A DNA stretch of 64,000 nucleotides from a virus, in IMG/VR virus record IMGVR_UViG_3300030098_003782, positions 4,001 to 68,000 of that record; one strand, given 5' to 3'. The notes beneath the pieces were generated by a model. The model saw nothing but the letters and a program-made list of their open reading frames with translations, made no database searches and was not told where the DNA came from. Below, piece after piece: positions 1 to 9,607 of the stretch. Positions within the stretch are counted from its first letter, which is position 1. Every line of letters begins with the position of its first letter. The position numbers were made by a program, and so were the translations under genes.

Positions 1-1156
1 CGTGATCAAATAGTGGTAATTTAACCACGTTCACAGTATGTCCATCAATATGATCGTACGAATTAAAGTAACCAGTTAAACCTAATGATCTACCAGAACC
101 TGTAATAAACTTATGCTCACCTGTAGTCATCCAAGTATTTGTTTGACCTGCAAAGTGATTTTTAAGAGCCTCATCAAATTCTCTAGCACCACCAGTACCA
201 GTATAAAGAGTTACTTGTTTTTTAGAAGCATCAGTCATTCCATAAAATAAATCACCGATGATGTTCTTTAATTTTGTTTCAGTCATTGTAGAGTAAGTAT
301 CTGTTTCAACAATTTGCTCTAAAAGACCAGGACCTACGATTACAGGTTGTCCATTCTCATCTTTCATGTAAGTATGTCCGTTTGCATCATAAGTTTTTTG
401 ACCATACCAGTAGTACATTTCACACTCTTCTTTAAAATCAAGCATGTGTAAGTACTCTTCATAGTCCATCCAAAGTTTAGTAGTTTTTCCACCTTTAGTA
501 GGTAAAGAAAATTCAGCTACATAATCTTTAGCATTTCCAGACATGTGGTAAGATTTTCTAACTGTAGTTAGTTTATTTCTTACTTTACCTGGAGTTTCCC
601 AGTTAGAAGCATTACCTCTAGAGAAGTCTACTCCTACAGGTGCATACATTTGAGCCCAAAGAGCTCCTGCTGTAATATCCGCTGCAGCTACTGTAGCTGT
701 AGATACTGGGTTAACTAGTTGTAGTGTATATTTCCATGAAGTTCCTCCTGCAACTTGCTCAGGCTCTTTCATAATACGAGCTTGAGTACCTGCTTGAGAT
801 ACTAATACATATGGAAATACAAAATGTTTATCAGGAAATTCCAACTCGAAAGTTGCTCCTCCTAAACCAACATTTGATGTTGTTGATGGCGTTGCTGCTA
901 CTGGTCTCGTTCTCAATCTATGTGTTGCCACACGATACTCATATTCTAACCTGTCAATAGACTTGTAGTTACCAACACCTTCTGTTAGAAAAGATAAAGG
1001 AAATCTTTTATCGTCTTTACCTGCTAAATGAGTAATAATCGGAGACAGTTCAGTAGGTTTTGCCAACAACGCATTAGATAAACTGTTCATATCAGTCATC
1101 TGTGAATCATTGTAAAACGTCTTTTGGACGCTTATATTCGTTCCGTTTACTGCCAT
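1..1156 (-). CDS. Major capsid protein, crAss-like (3' end runs off the window)
   Basis: Not in the ORF track. My translation from ATG at 1156 (MAVNGTNISVQKTFYNDSQMTDMNSLSNALLAKP...TTVRKSYHMSG...LWMDYEEY...GPGLLEQI...VTLYTGTGG) is open to the window edge. Motifs and position downstream of portal/scaffold match crAss-like capsid genes. Confidence 0.88.
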   Translation of the reverse strand, partial: MAVNGTNISVQKTFYNDSQMTDMNSLSNALLAKPTELSPIITHLAGKDDKRFPLSFLTEGVGNYKSIDRLEYEYRVATHRLRTRPVAATPSTTSNVGLGGATFELEFPDKHFVFPYVLVSQAGTQARIMKEPEQVAGGTSWKYTLQLVNPVSTATVAAADITAGALWAQMYAPVGVDFSRGNASNWETPGKVRNKLTTVRKSYHMSGNAKDYVAEFSLPTKGGKTTKLWMDYEEYLHMLDFKEECEMYYWYGQKTYDANGHTYMKDENGQPVIVGPGLLEQIVETDTYSTMTETKLKNIIGDLFYGMTDASKKQVTLYTGTGGAREFDEALKNHFAGQTNTWMTTGEHKFITGSGRSLGLTGYFNSYDHIDGHTVNVVKLPLFDH

Positions 1157-1205
1157 TTTATTATAAATTTTATAGGGTACCTATCTCCCTGTTCAGGTAT
1201 ATTTT

Positions 1206-2297
1206 TTAAATACTAAGATCTAATTCATCAATATCAAAATTCTTTGCTCTTCTAGAAGATTTACGAGCACTTTTTACACTCTCCTCATTTCTAGATATTT
1301 TATCTCTTAAAGATTTTGAATTTCTTGTTTTAGCTTTTGTATTTATAATTTGGTCTAAATTGAATCCTTTAAACATTAAATAGTCTATAGCTAATCTAGT
1401 TTCTAAAGCTGCTTCAGAATGATCTAAATCTCTCTGAGTATAGCCTTCTTGATTTATAGGTTTAGAAAGGTAATTAAAAAATTTACTTTTTTCTCTTTCT
1501 GGAACCGTCAAACCAGAAAACTCTTTACCATTTTCAAGTGTATCTGCTACACCTTTCCAAAATTCTTCTTGTTGTTGGTATTGTTGAGCTCTCATTTGTT
1601 TTTGCTGTTCAACCATTTGCATTTGTCGTTGCTGTTGTACTTTACCTAAAGCTACTCTTGCAGCCTCTGCTTTATCATGAAGTTTACCTGAATCTGAATA
1701 ATCACTAATCATCTCTTTAGTAAAATCTCTATCGTGTCCTTTTAAACTAAAATATTCTGCTAAAACAGCTTTTTGACTTCGAACATCATCAGACTCTATT
1801 TTAATTTTATTATAATCTAAATTAGGATCATAAGCTTGCATAAAATTTTGACTTTCTCCTCCATTTAAAACATACTCTAAATGTTGTCTTACTAATGGAA
1901 ATTTATTCATAACTTCATCAATACGCTCATCTGCTAAAGTTTGAGCAATATCTTTAGTCATATTAATTAATCCTTCAGAAGTATCTTCATATTCATTATC
2001 TGTTTCATATCCAAATGCATTTAAAATTTCTGATACTACTGTCGAATCTTCTGATACTTCAGTCTCTTCATCTTTTTCAATTTCTTCTTTAACCTCTTCT
2101 TTTACAGGTTGAGGTTCTTGATTTTCAACTTCATTAACAACTTCTTCTTGTTGAACTTCTTCTTCTTGTTCAACATTTTTTGGTTCTTCTGTAGTAGGTA
2201 TTTCTTCATCAATAGCTACTGTTTCAACTCCATCACCTCCAATTACATCATCGAAAGTAATATCATCTAATTGTATTTTTTCATTTTCTGGGTCCAT
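1206..2297 (-). CDS. Conserved head-morphogenesis protein, putative scaffold
   Basis: Acidic low-complexity N-terminus, Q-rich coiled coil, located directly upstream of the capsid gene as in crAss-like head modules. Confidence 0.65.
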   Translation of the reverse strand: MDPENEKIQLDDITFDDVIGGDGVETVAIDEEIPTTEEPKNVEQEEEVQQEEVVNEVENQEPQPVKEEVKEEIEKDEETEVSEDSTVVSEILNAFGYETDNEYEDTSEGLINMTKDIAQTLADERIDEVMNKFPLVRQHLEYVLNGGESQNFMQAYDPNLDYNKIKIESDDVRSQKAVLAEYFSLKGHDRDFTKEMISDYSDSGKLHDKAEAARVALGKVQQQRQMQMVEQQKQMRAQQYQQQEEFWKGVADTLENGKEFSGLTVPEREKSKFFNYLSKPINQEGYTQRDLDHSEAALETRLAIDYLMFKGFNLDQIINTKAKTRNSKSLRDKISRNEESVKSARKSSRRAKNFDIDELDLSI

Positions 2298-2326
2298 ATT
2301 TATTATTTTTTATTGGTTTTAAGTTA

Positions 2327-2334
2327 CAAATTTA
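2327..2334 (-). promoter_or_regulatory. Bacteroidota-type -7 promoter box (TAAATTTG) for scaffold/capsid
   Basis: Exact TAnnTTTG match 30 nt upstream of the 2297 start, in an intergenic gap. Confidence 0.65.
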
Positions 2335-2397
2335 CTAATTATATTAATATTTTTTATAGTTTTTTTATTTTTGAGTTTTATATTATTATATAACACT

Positions 2398-3999
2398 TTA
2401 ACAATAATCACATCTATTTTTATTTAATTTTCTTACTCCTCCTTTTTTATATCTAGCTCCAAAACCAACACCAAAGTGTGGTTTACCTGTTTGAGGGTTA
2501 TATCCTGCAGATCCACTAATATTTAAAGGGCCCATAAGTCCTATCTGTCCAAATGCTCCTATATTAGTTAATTGTTTATTTGTTAAATCATAATTACCTT
2601 CAACGCCATATGAAAATTGGGGTCTACTACTTCCTCCTTTATTACCAAAAAATCCTCCCCAACCCGGTCGTCCTGCAAAATGATCTCCTGAATGAGCTAG
2701 TCTACCAGTAAGATTGTGAGTACCTTTTCCTTTAGTTGATAATGCGGGTGTTTTATAATTATATCCTACATCTAAATGTACTGGATTCCAATTCTTATCA
2801 TTAAGAAAACTCCAAAAACTACCTGGATCATTATACGGATTAAGTAAATGAGGTAAATTTGTTCTAAGATAACCCCCTATGTTAGCATGTACATCAGGAT
2901 CTTGATATGTACCTATTCTATTATCTACAACTTGTTGAAGATTATGATCCCATCCTGGTCCAAGATTTTGTGGTTGTCCCATAAATCCTTTACTAAAATT
3001 AAGTCCTCCTTTAAGTCCTAATCTAAATGGACTACCTATTGCATTTCCACACCCTTGACCTGATGATGTATCACATTCAAAATTAAGAGAATAGTTCATT
3101 AAATTATTTTTTACAGGATCAGGAGCTACTATATTAGTTGTTAATGGATCAGTATTAGGTCCTCCCTTTTGATATTTTCTTCTTAACCCACCCTTTTTAC
3201 TTATAGTTGCTTGTCCTCCAAAATCATCTGTTACTTGAAAAGGATCTAATTGGGTAGGATTAGATTGTTGAGCAACATTATTCATAAGTTCTACAATATC
3301 ATCATCTGAAAAATAATTAAATAATCTTTGTCCAATCCCTTCTGTTCCTTTTGCTTTTTGTAAATCTTCTAATGTAAATGGAGTAAACTCATCTCCAGTT
3401 GATTGAAACAAACCATCTCTTTCTAATTCATATCTTAATTGTATTAGATCTGCTCTTGTCTCTTGTGGTTTAGCGTCATGATGACTATAACTAATCATAT
3501 CATTATTTAACATTATATTTTTTGACGTAATATAATCTGATACATTTTCATCTAATGTCATTTGATTGTGATCAACATGTCCTAATTCATGAGCTAAAAT
3601 GCTATCGTGAGTTAAGTTTGTACCAAATTTTTTTGGAATATAACTTAATTCTGTCTCTGCATCATCCATATAAAGAATATTTTCTTTTTTATTAAAATGA
3701 GAACCTACATCTGATGCAATAGTACTATTAAATACTATATTAGGATTAGACATAAAATTTTTAGAAAGTTGATCTGCATACATTGGTTGAGCACCAACCT
3801 GATATCCCAGTCCACCATAATCTGCATGCAAAGAATTTGGTTTACCTGCAATATTTTTAGTTTTATCTAGTAGGTGATTATAATGACCACTACTAAGATA
3901 ATTACTATACCAATCTGTAACCCCAGAATAATCTGTTTCTGATACACCAGCAGTTTGATACATCCTAGGTCTTCTTTTATTTAATTTTTTCGTTTTCAT
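2398..3999 (-). CDS. Modular virion/cargo protein: zincin-like metalloprotease domain plus Gly/aromatic beta-rich domain
   Basis: HELGH at 3577-3591 with a downstream E (ETRADLIQLR); linkers KKGGLRRKYQKGG and RYKKGG; C-terminal alternating beta strands. Confidence 0.6.
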   Translation of the reverse strand: MKTKKLNKRRPRMYQTAGVSETDYSGVTDWYSNYLSSGHYNHLLDKTKNIAGKPNSLHADYGGLGYQVGAQPMYADQLSKNFMSNPNIVFNSTIASDVGSHFNKKENILYMDDAETELSYIPKKFGTNLTHDSILAHELGHVDHNQMTLDENVSDYITSKNIMLNNDMISYSHHDAKPQETRADLIQLRYELERDGLFQSTGDEFTPFTLEDLQKAKGTEGIGQRLFNYFSDDDIVELMNNVAQQSNPTQLDPFQVTDDFGGQATISKKGGLRRKYQKGGPNTDPLTTNIVAPDPVKNNLMNYSLNFECDTSSGQGCGNAIGSPFRLGLKGGLNFSKGFMGQPQNLGPGWDHNLQQVVDNRIGTYQDPDVHANIGGYLRTNLPHLLNPYNDPGSFWSFLNDKNWNPVHLDVGYNYKTPALSTKGKGTHNLTGRLAHSGDHFAGRPGWGGFFGNKGGSSRPQFSYGVEGNYDLTNKQLTNIGAFGQIGLMGPLNISGSAGYNPQTGKPHFGVGFGARYKKGGVRKLNKNRCDYC

Positions 4000-6788
4000 T
4001 ATCTAAGCCATTGTATTCTATAAGGATTCCATTCTACGTTATATGGTATTGGATTCCAATTTTCATCAAGATGCCCATAATTCCTACTAATATCTATTTG
4101 TGAATAAGGCTCTTTAGAATATCTTTTGATTAATCCACGTTCAGAACTGTTTGGTCCATAATGAGTATGATATTCAGGATCCCAATAGCTTTTATAATTT
4201 GATCGATCTGGCATTGCTCTTTCTTCTATTGTTCTATATAATCTAGATGGTACTTGTGTGATTTGGGACCACTTAGTTTTTACATTGGGATTAATATGTG
4301 CTAATTCTGCTATTAAATTATTCATATACAGTTGTTGTTTAAATCTATGTTTTATATCAGTTGGCCACGACATATTTTCTAAATTAGACCTATCACTTTC
4401 ACTTAATACTCCAAATTTAGGTATATGAATATTTCCACCTGATAGAACTTTATTTTCTAAGATATTGAATGGTTTAGATAACATTGGATACATTAAATTC
4501 TTTAGATATCCCATTTTAGATAAAACATTTGGGACAGCATGAGGTCTAAAATGTCCCTCTTCATTTGTTGGTAAATTCTTATGATTTGAATAATTATGTA
4601 TGTTCCCAACTCTAGATCCTTTTATCATGTTTAAAGCATCTTTCCAATGTAAAAATCCTTTTGACATATCGCTAAGTATATAAGGTGCATATTGTTGAAA
4701 ATTACCATCGTTTGAATATATATCATATACTTGTTTTTCGTTATCACTTAATTTATCATATGATTCTTTTGATAATGCAGATATTTCTATTTCAGGGATT
4801 AAATTCTCATATTTAGATTTTTTTTCTCCACCGTCTTTATGTTTATATGTACCATATTTACTTACTGTTGAATAAGGTTGCTTAAGAGATTGTTTAAGTA
4901 ATGCACGTTCACTACTATTTGGTCCGTAATGAGTATGGTACTCATGATCAAAATAGCTCTGGTAGTTTGAGTCATCTGGACTTTCTCCTTCTCTTATACT
5001 TCTTGATAATCTAGATAAAGGAGTTGTTAATTCAGACCATTTAGTTTTAGCTTCAGGATCAATATGTGCTAATTCCGCAAATAAAGTCCGCATATACTCA
5101 GGTACCTGCCTTTCGTATTCTTTGTCCCTCCTATTCCAAAACTCCTCTTCACTTATTGGGTAACGATCAGGATATTGATAATCCTCGTAGCTTTTTTTAA
5201 AACGTTGTGGAAGGTTAGGTATAGCAATATCTCCGGTTGGAAGGGTTTTTCTAAATACGTCATCCACAGTTCCTAATAATCCTGGTTTTAACGATTTTAA
5301 TCCAGGATACTCCCAGAATGGGGTCAACTTATTAGCGAGCGATGATTGAGCATGAGCTCTAAAATGTCCGTGTTCATCCATTTTCCATTTGTCACCGCTA
5401 GCTAAAGGTTTATTATATATATTTCCAACTCCAGATTTATCTACCATATTTATAGCATCTTTCCAATGTATATGCCCTTCTGTCCTATCACTTAATTGAA
5501 ACGGCATATATTGTTTAAAATCTTTAGAAGGAAGTGTATATGTATCATAAACTTGTTTTTGTGCATCACTTAATTTATTGTATGATTTATCTGACAGTGC
5601 AGATATCTCTACTTCAGGTATGGGGTTTCCACCATCTTCCATTTTTCTTAATCCACCTGTTTTTTTCTTTCTATTAAACAGTGGTATATTTAAACCAACT
5701 TGAAAACCAGGTTTTTTAGTAGCCAGATTATAATTATATTCTCCAGTTACTGGTCCAAGCCTCCCACTAATACCTACATGTTGTCCTGGTCTTAATGAAT
5801 GTTTAGTTCCCGCTTCATAAAACCCACTTAAATTCCATGGTATTATAGGAGCTGAATAACACATTCCTCCAAAACATCCTGCTTTACCTGGTCTACCAAC
5901 ACCTAAACTAAGTCTTGCAGATGCGTCTAATCCTTTAGGAAGTTTAATATTAGGCCAATTAATACCACCACTTGATTCAGTTGCAGGGACTTCAGTAGGA
6001 GGATCAACATTACCTGTACTAGGATCAAATATTCTAGCTGCAGTTGTTGTTGAAGGATATGATGTTGTAGGAGCTTTAAATCCATGTCCTAATTCTCCTT
6101 GAAATGATCCCATCCATCTAGTATCATAATCCCTCATATTATTAATTTTCCACTGAGGAGTTCCAAACCTATAATCCATATTAGCTCCAGTAAATATATT
6201 TCTATCATCTCCCCAACCTCTTGTTCCACGAATAGCTCCAATATCTAAATTGGGGGTAGAAAATCTATAGGTAGGAGAAAGAGATGCATTAATACCAGTG
6301 TTTCCACCCAAAACTTGGGATTTAAGACCAAATCCAGATGATCCTCCATATTGATATTTTCTGAATCCACCTTTTTGATATCCTGAAGGAGATTCTATTA
6401 TAGTTCCTTCATAAGGTCCAGTTGGTAAATCTTGTATTCCAGGAGGAACACCTTTATAACTTTCTACTAAATGACCTTGTTTATCTATCTTTTGAATATC
6501 TATTGGAGCTTTCATACCAACCGTATTAAAAGATGCTCCGGGTTGTACATCAGGGAAAGCCATAGATGCTTCAGTATTTCCTCTAGCATGTTCTTCTCTT
6601 AATCCTATTTCTTGTTCTTCTGGAGTATTAGCAACTTTCATTTCTTGTTCTTGTTGCTGTTTTTGCTCATATTCAGATATAAGATCTATACCTTGATCTG
6701 CAGCTTTAAACACATCAATTATACTGCCTGGAAAATTAGACAGTTTAATACGGTCTAATAAATCTCTTCTAGTCTGATTTGTTGGCAT
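3999..6788 (-). CDS. Modular virion/cargo protein with a beta-rich module and a tandemly duplicated ~250-aa domain
   Basis: Linkers YQKGGFRKYQYGG, KKTGGLRKMEDGG and HKDGG; two copies of IPE(V/I)EISALS...AELAHI...EYHTHYGPNSSER. Confidence 0.6.
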   Translation of the reverse strand: MPTNQTRRDLLDRIKLSNFPGSIIDVFKAADQGIDLISEYEQKQQQEQEMKVANTPEEQEIGLREEHARGNTEASMAFPDVQPGASFNTVGMKAPIDIQKIDKQGHLVESYKGVPPGIQDLPTGPYEGTIIESPSGYQKGGFRKYQYGGSSGFGLKSQVLGGNTGINASLSPTYRFSTPNLDIGAIRGTRGWGDDRNIFTGANMDYRFGTPQWKINNMRDYDTRWMGSFQGELGHGFKAPTTSYPSTTTAARIFDPSTGNVDPPTEVPATESSGGINWPNIKLPKGLDASARLSLGVGRPGKAGCFGGMCYSAPIIPWNLSGFYEAGTKHSLRPGQHVGISGRLGPVTGEYNYNLATKKPGFQVGLNIPLFNRKKKTGGLRKMEDGGNPIPEVEISALSDKSYNKLSDAQKQVYDTYTLPSKDFKQYMPFQLSDRTEGHIHWKDAINMVDKSGVGNIYNKPLASGDKWKMDEHGHFRAHAQSSLANKLTPFWEYPGLKSLKPGLLGTVDDVFRKTLPTGDIAIPNLPQRFKKSYEDYQYPDRYPISEEEFWNRRDKEYERQVPEYMRTLFAELAHIDPEAKTKWSELTTPLSRLSRSIREGESPDDSNYQSYFDHEYHTHYGPNSSERALLKQSLKQPYSTVSKYGTYKHKDGGEKKSKYENLIPEIEISALSKESYDKLSDNEKQVYDIYSNDGNFQQYAPYILSDMSKGFLHWKDALNMIKGSRVGNIHNYSNHKNLPTNEEGHFRPHAVPNVLSKMGYLKNLMYPMLSKPFNILENKVLSGGNIHIPKFGVLSESDRSNLENMSWPTDIKHRFKQQLYMNNLIAELAHINPNVKTKWSQITQVPSRLYRTIEERAMPDRSNYKSYWDPEYHTHYGPNSSERGLIKRYSKEPYSQIDISRNYGHLDENWNPIPYNVEWNPYRIQWLR
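4080..5631 (-). repeat. Intragenic diverged tandem duplication (copy 1 ~4850-5631, copy 2 ~4080-4805)
   Basis: Collinear shared peptides: IPEVEISALSDKSYNKLSD/IPEIEISALSKESYDKLSD, HWKDAINM/HWKDALNM, EHGHFRAHA/EEGHFRPHA, AELAHIDP/AELAHINP, EYHTHYGPNSSER in both. Confidence 0.9.
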
Positions 6789-9192
6789 TCTTTGCTTTTG
6801 CTTGTTTATCTGCTATTTCTTTTTTTGCTCTAATATCTCTATTTGCTGTATCTCTTTTAATATATTCTGCTTCTCTTTTTGTACTATTACTTTCTATTTC
6901 ACTGTCTCTTTTCATTATATCTGCCTCTCTAGAAAGCTGATTAGATTCTCTATCTATTTCTTCTTTTGCTTGATCTCCTCTAGATTTTTCAATTAACTCT
7001 TGTTCTCTTAATGCTAATTCTTTTTCTTTTATTTCAAAATCTCTAACCATTTTTTCTAACTGTAAAGACTCAACTCCGGTAGATGCCTGTTGTTTAGACT
7101 CAGCGTTTATTAAAGCTATTTCAATATCTTTTTGACGATCTTTTTCGTTTTCAATATTTTCTGCTTCCAATTCCATTTGTTTCATCTGAGTCTGATGTTG
7201 TAATGCTTGTTGTTGTGCTTGTTGCTGTGCCTGTTCTAATTCAGCTGCAGCTTTATCAGCTTTTTTAAGATTATCTTTAATTTGTGTAAAGCTGTCTGAA
7301 TCTAACATTTCTGCAATATCTCCCGGTTTAGCACCATTCTGCATCATAGCCTGAGTAAGTCCTCTAATGTTTTGTAACTTCTCAGCATCTTTACCTGCAT
7401 CAGAAACAAATATACCATAATTAGTTTCCATGTGTTGCATAGTATCAATATTTAAAAAGTCAGTGGTACCGTCTGGCATTACATATGTAGACTTTTTACC
7501 TGTTAACCATGCTTCTTTAGAATAGTCTAATAAAGCTTGAAAATCTCTTTGTTCCATTCTTTCAAATTTTCTAAACAGATCTTCAGTAATATGTGAGGAC
7601 TGTAATATAGCCTGTTGTGAAGATGCTTTACCTTCATAAGCTCCTATCTCTCCTTGTCTTTGTCTACTTACTCCTGAAATCTTTTCCCATTCCTGTAAAA
7701 TACTTTCTAGTAAAACAACATATTGTTGAATAGTTTTAATAGACATATCCATTACAGATTGATGTTGAGGATTTAATTGAATACCTTCTTTATTATAATC
7801 TACCCAAGCAATACCTGTACCTTCTACATAATACATAAATTTATCCATGTCCCATTTTTTAGGGATCATATTAATATCAAATTGTGCAATAATATCTTTA
7901 GATCTAGCAATAGCAAGTTCTAATCTATATTTATAAATATTATAATTTAGTTGATAAGGTATCCCTAATTTAACTAATGAAATATTTTTAGCGTTTACAT
8001 CTGAATATCTTCTACCATTAATAGGTAATTTACATCTAGAAGGGTTATCAAGAGAAAGTCTTTGATTTGCAATTGGATTTATATTAATATAAAAACGACC
8101 ATCTATCCTTGTTCCCTCCCAAACTTCATTAATCCATTTCCATTCTATTTTAGCACCAGCTTCTTTTAATTCTGCAGGTAATCTAAATCCATCTGGAACT
8201 TCTTGTTCTTCTATAGTGCCTGTCATTGGATCCATATAAGCTAAAAATCCTATTCTTTTTCTAGATTTCCAATAAACATTTACAACTTCTACTAATCTAT
8301 TTCTAAAAGAATTTGCATCTTTATTAGAAGAGTGCGCATATAAAAATGATACATCACTTTCAGAATGTCTAGGTTCTTCAAGTTCTAATACTTGTTGTTC
8401 TGATAAAGAATCATAATAATGATCTATTACAGTTGATGCGTGTACATATTTTCTAACTATAGCCCAATCTCCATCTTCAACAAATTCTAAATCAGGATCA
8501 AGATCATAATCTACATCAATAGGGTTAAGTATTTCATAAAAAGGTTCACCATTTCTTACTCCTCTATGAGTATAAACTTCTCCTGCTACTAAATAATGGA
8601 ACCATGCTTTTTGTATCTTATCATAAACTTCTTGATCTTGAAAAATAAAATTTAAAGCTTTTTGTCCCAGTAAAGCTCTTTGATCAACATAACTACTTTC
8701 AAACATTTCTGCTATATGTTGAGGCATAGGATTTTCTTGTTGTTGTTGTTCTGGACTCATGCCCATATCCTGCCCCTGATTTTGAACTGCTTGCATAAAA
8801 TGCAATTGTAAATTCATAAAAATTGCTTGAGATTTAGCTTGTTCTTTTATAGTTGTAGTATCTGCATTTTGTACTGTAACAGTATAATTGAGAGGCCTCT
8901 TAGATTTTTCCCCTAGAAGAAGATCAATTATGGGTTTGATAATGGGGTAGTTACGCATTTCAGAAGGAAAGTTTTTACGGGATTTACCGTAAGGTTTTAA
9001 TACGTACTTGTAATCAGCCTCATCAATTATACCATTATAGTAATCATATAGTATTTTAAGTTCATCTTTTCTTTGTGAATAGCCTGAACCAGAATCAGAG
9101 AGATCTATGAATGCTTCAACGCATTGTTCTCCCCATTTTTTTGTTTTTTTGCTTATAGGCAGTTTTTGCCTAGGTATTTTATCATATCCCAT
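6769..9192 (-). CDS. Portal protein
   Basis: 807 aa with NYPIIKPIIDLLLGE, WINEVWEG and ISGVSRQRQG motifs and a coiled-coil C-terminus; downstream of TerL. Confidence 0.9.
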   Translation of the reverse strand: MGYDKIPRQKLPISKKTKKWGEQCVEAFIDLSDSGSGYSQRKDELKILYDYYNGIIDEADYKYVLKPYGKSRKNFPSEMRNYPIIKPIIDLLLGEKSKRPLNYTVTVQNADTTTIKEQAKSQAIFMNLQLHFMQAVQNQGQDMGMSPEQQQQENPMPQHIAEMFESSYVDQRALLGQKALNFIFQDQEVYDKIQKAWFHYLVAGEVYTHRGVRNGEPFYEILNPIDVDYDLDPDLEFVEDGDWAIVRKYVHASTVIDHYYDSLSEQQVLELEEPRHSESDVSFLYAHSSNKDANSFRNRLVEVVNVYWKSRKRIGFLAYMDPMTGTIEEQEVPDGFRLPAELKEAGAKIEWKWINEVWEGTRIDGRFYININPIANQRLSLDNPSRCKLPINGRRYSDVNAKNISLVKLGIPYQLNYNIYKYRLELAIARSKDIIAQFDINMIPKKWDMDKFMYYVEGTGIAWVDYNKEGIQLNPQHQSVMDMSIKTIQQYVVLLESILQEWEKISGVSRQRQGEIGAYEGKASSQQAILQSSHITEDLFRKFERMEQRDFQALLDYSKEAWLTGKKSTYVMPDGTTDFLNIDTMQHMETNYGIFVSDAGKDAEKLQNIRGLTQAMMQNGAKPGDIAEMLDSDSFTQIKDNLKKADKAAAELEQAQQQAQQQALQHQTQMKQMELEAENIENEKDRQKDIEIALINAESKQQASTGVESLQLEKMVRDFEIKEKELALREQELIEKSRGDQAKEEIDRESNQLSREADIMKRDSEIESNSTKREAEYIKRDTANRDIRAKKEIADKQAKAKNANKSD

Positions 9193-9199
9193 AATCTGA

Positions 9200-9207
9200 C
9201 AAATTTA
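9200..9207 (-). promoter_or_regulatory. Bacteroidota-type -7 box (TAAATTTG) just upstream of portal
   Basis: TAnnTTTG match 8 nt upstream of the portal ATG; would give a nearly leaderless mRNA. Confidence 0.5.
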
Positions 9208-9267
9208 ACTAAATTTTTATTATTTTACTACATACTAAATTATTTGTAAATCTCTATTATAAATATA

Positions 9268-9606
9268 TCATTCAAGATAATTACAAATATCATATAAACC
9301 GTATTTTAATGTTAGCTCTTCTCCCTGTTCTATTTTTCTTAATGTTTTTAATCTTCTATAATCATCATCTCCTTCATCTTCTATTAGTTCACAATTAGGT
9401 TCTTCTGAATGATTTATAAAACCTCCTAATGGTGTCCTTATATAATTATGTTGAAAATTTGGATCATAAACATGAGTAATACCTATAACCACCTCTCCCG
9501 GAATATCTTCTTTTGCGAGGATCCCTGCTCCATGAATATTTGATGGTCCTATTGTTAAGTACTCTGGAAGAGGGTTATAAGGTTCTTTATCTTTACATTT
9601 ATCCAT
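9268..9606 (-). CDS. SET-domain protein (putative lysine methyltransferase)
   Basis: SNIHGAGILAKEDI, GGFINHSEEPNC and IEQGEELTLKY are the three SET signature motifs. ATG at 9606 follows the TerL stop, so it is preferred over 9627. Confidence 0.88.
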   Translation of the reverse strand: MDKCKDKEPYNPLPEYLTIGPSNIHGAGILAKEDIPGEVVIGITHVYDPNFQHNYIRTPLGGFINHSEEPNCELIEDEGDDDYRRLKTLRKIEQGEELTLKYGLYDICNYLE

Positions 9607-9607
9607 A

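Noticed and set aside
1157-1205. Small hairpin upstream of the capsid gene
   Set aside because: Short, weak stem; cannot be distinguished from chance without comparative data.
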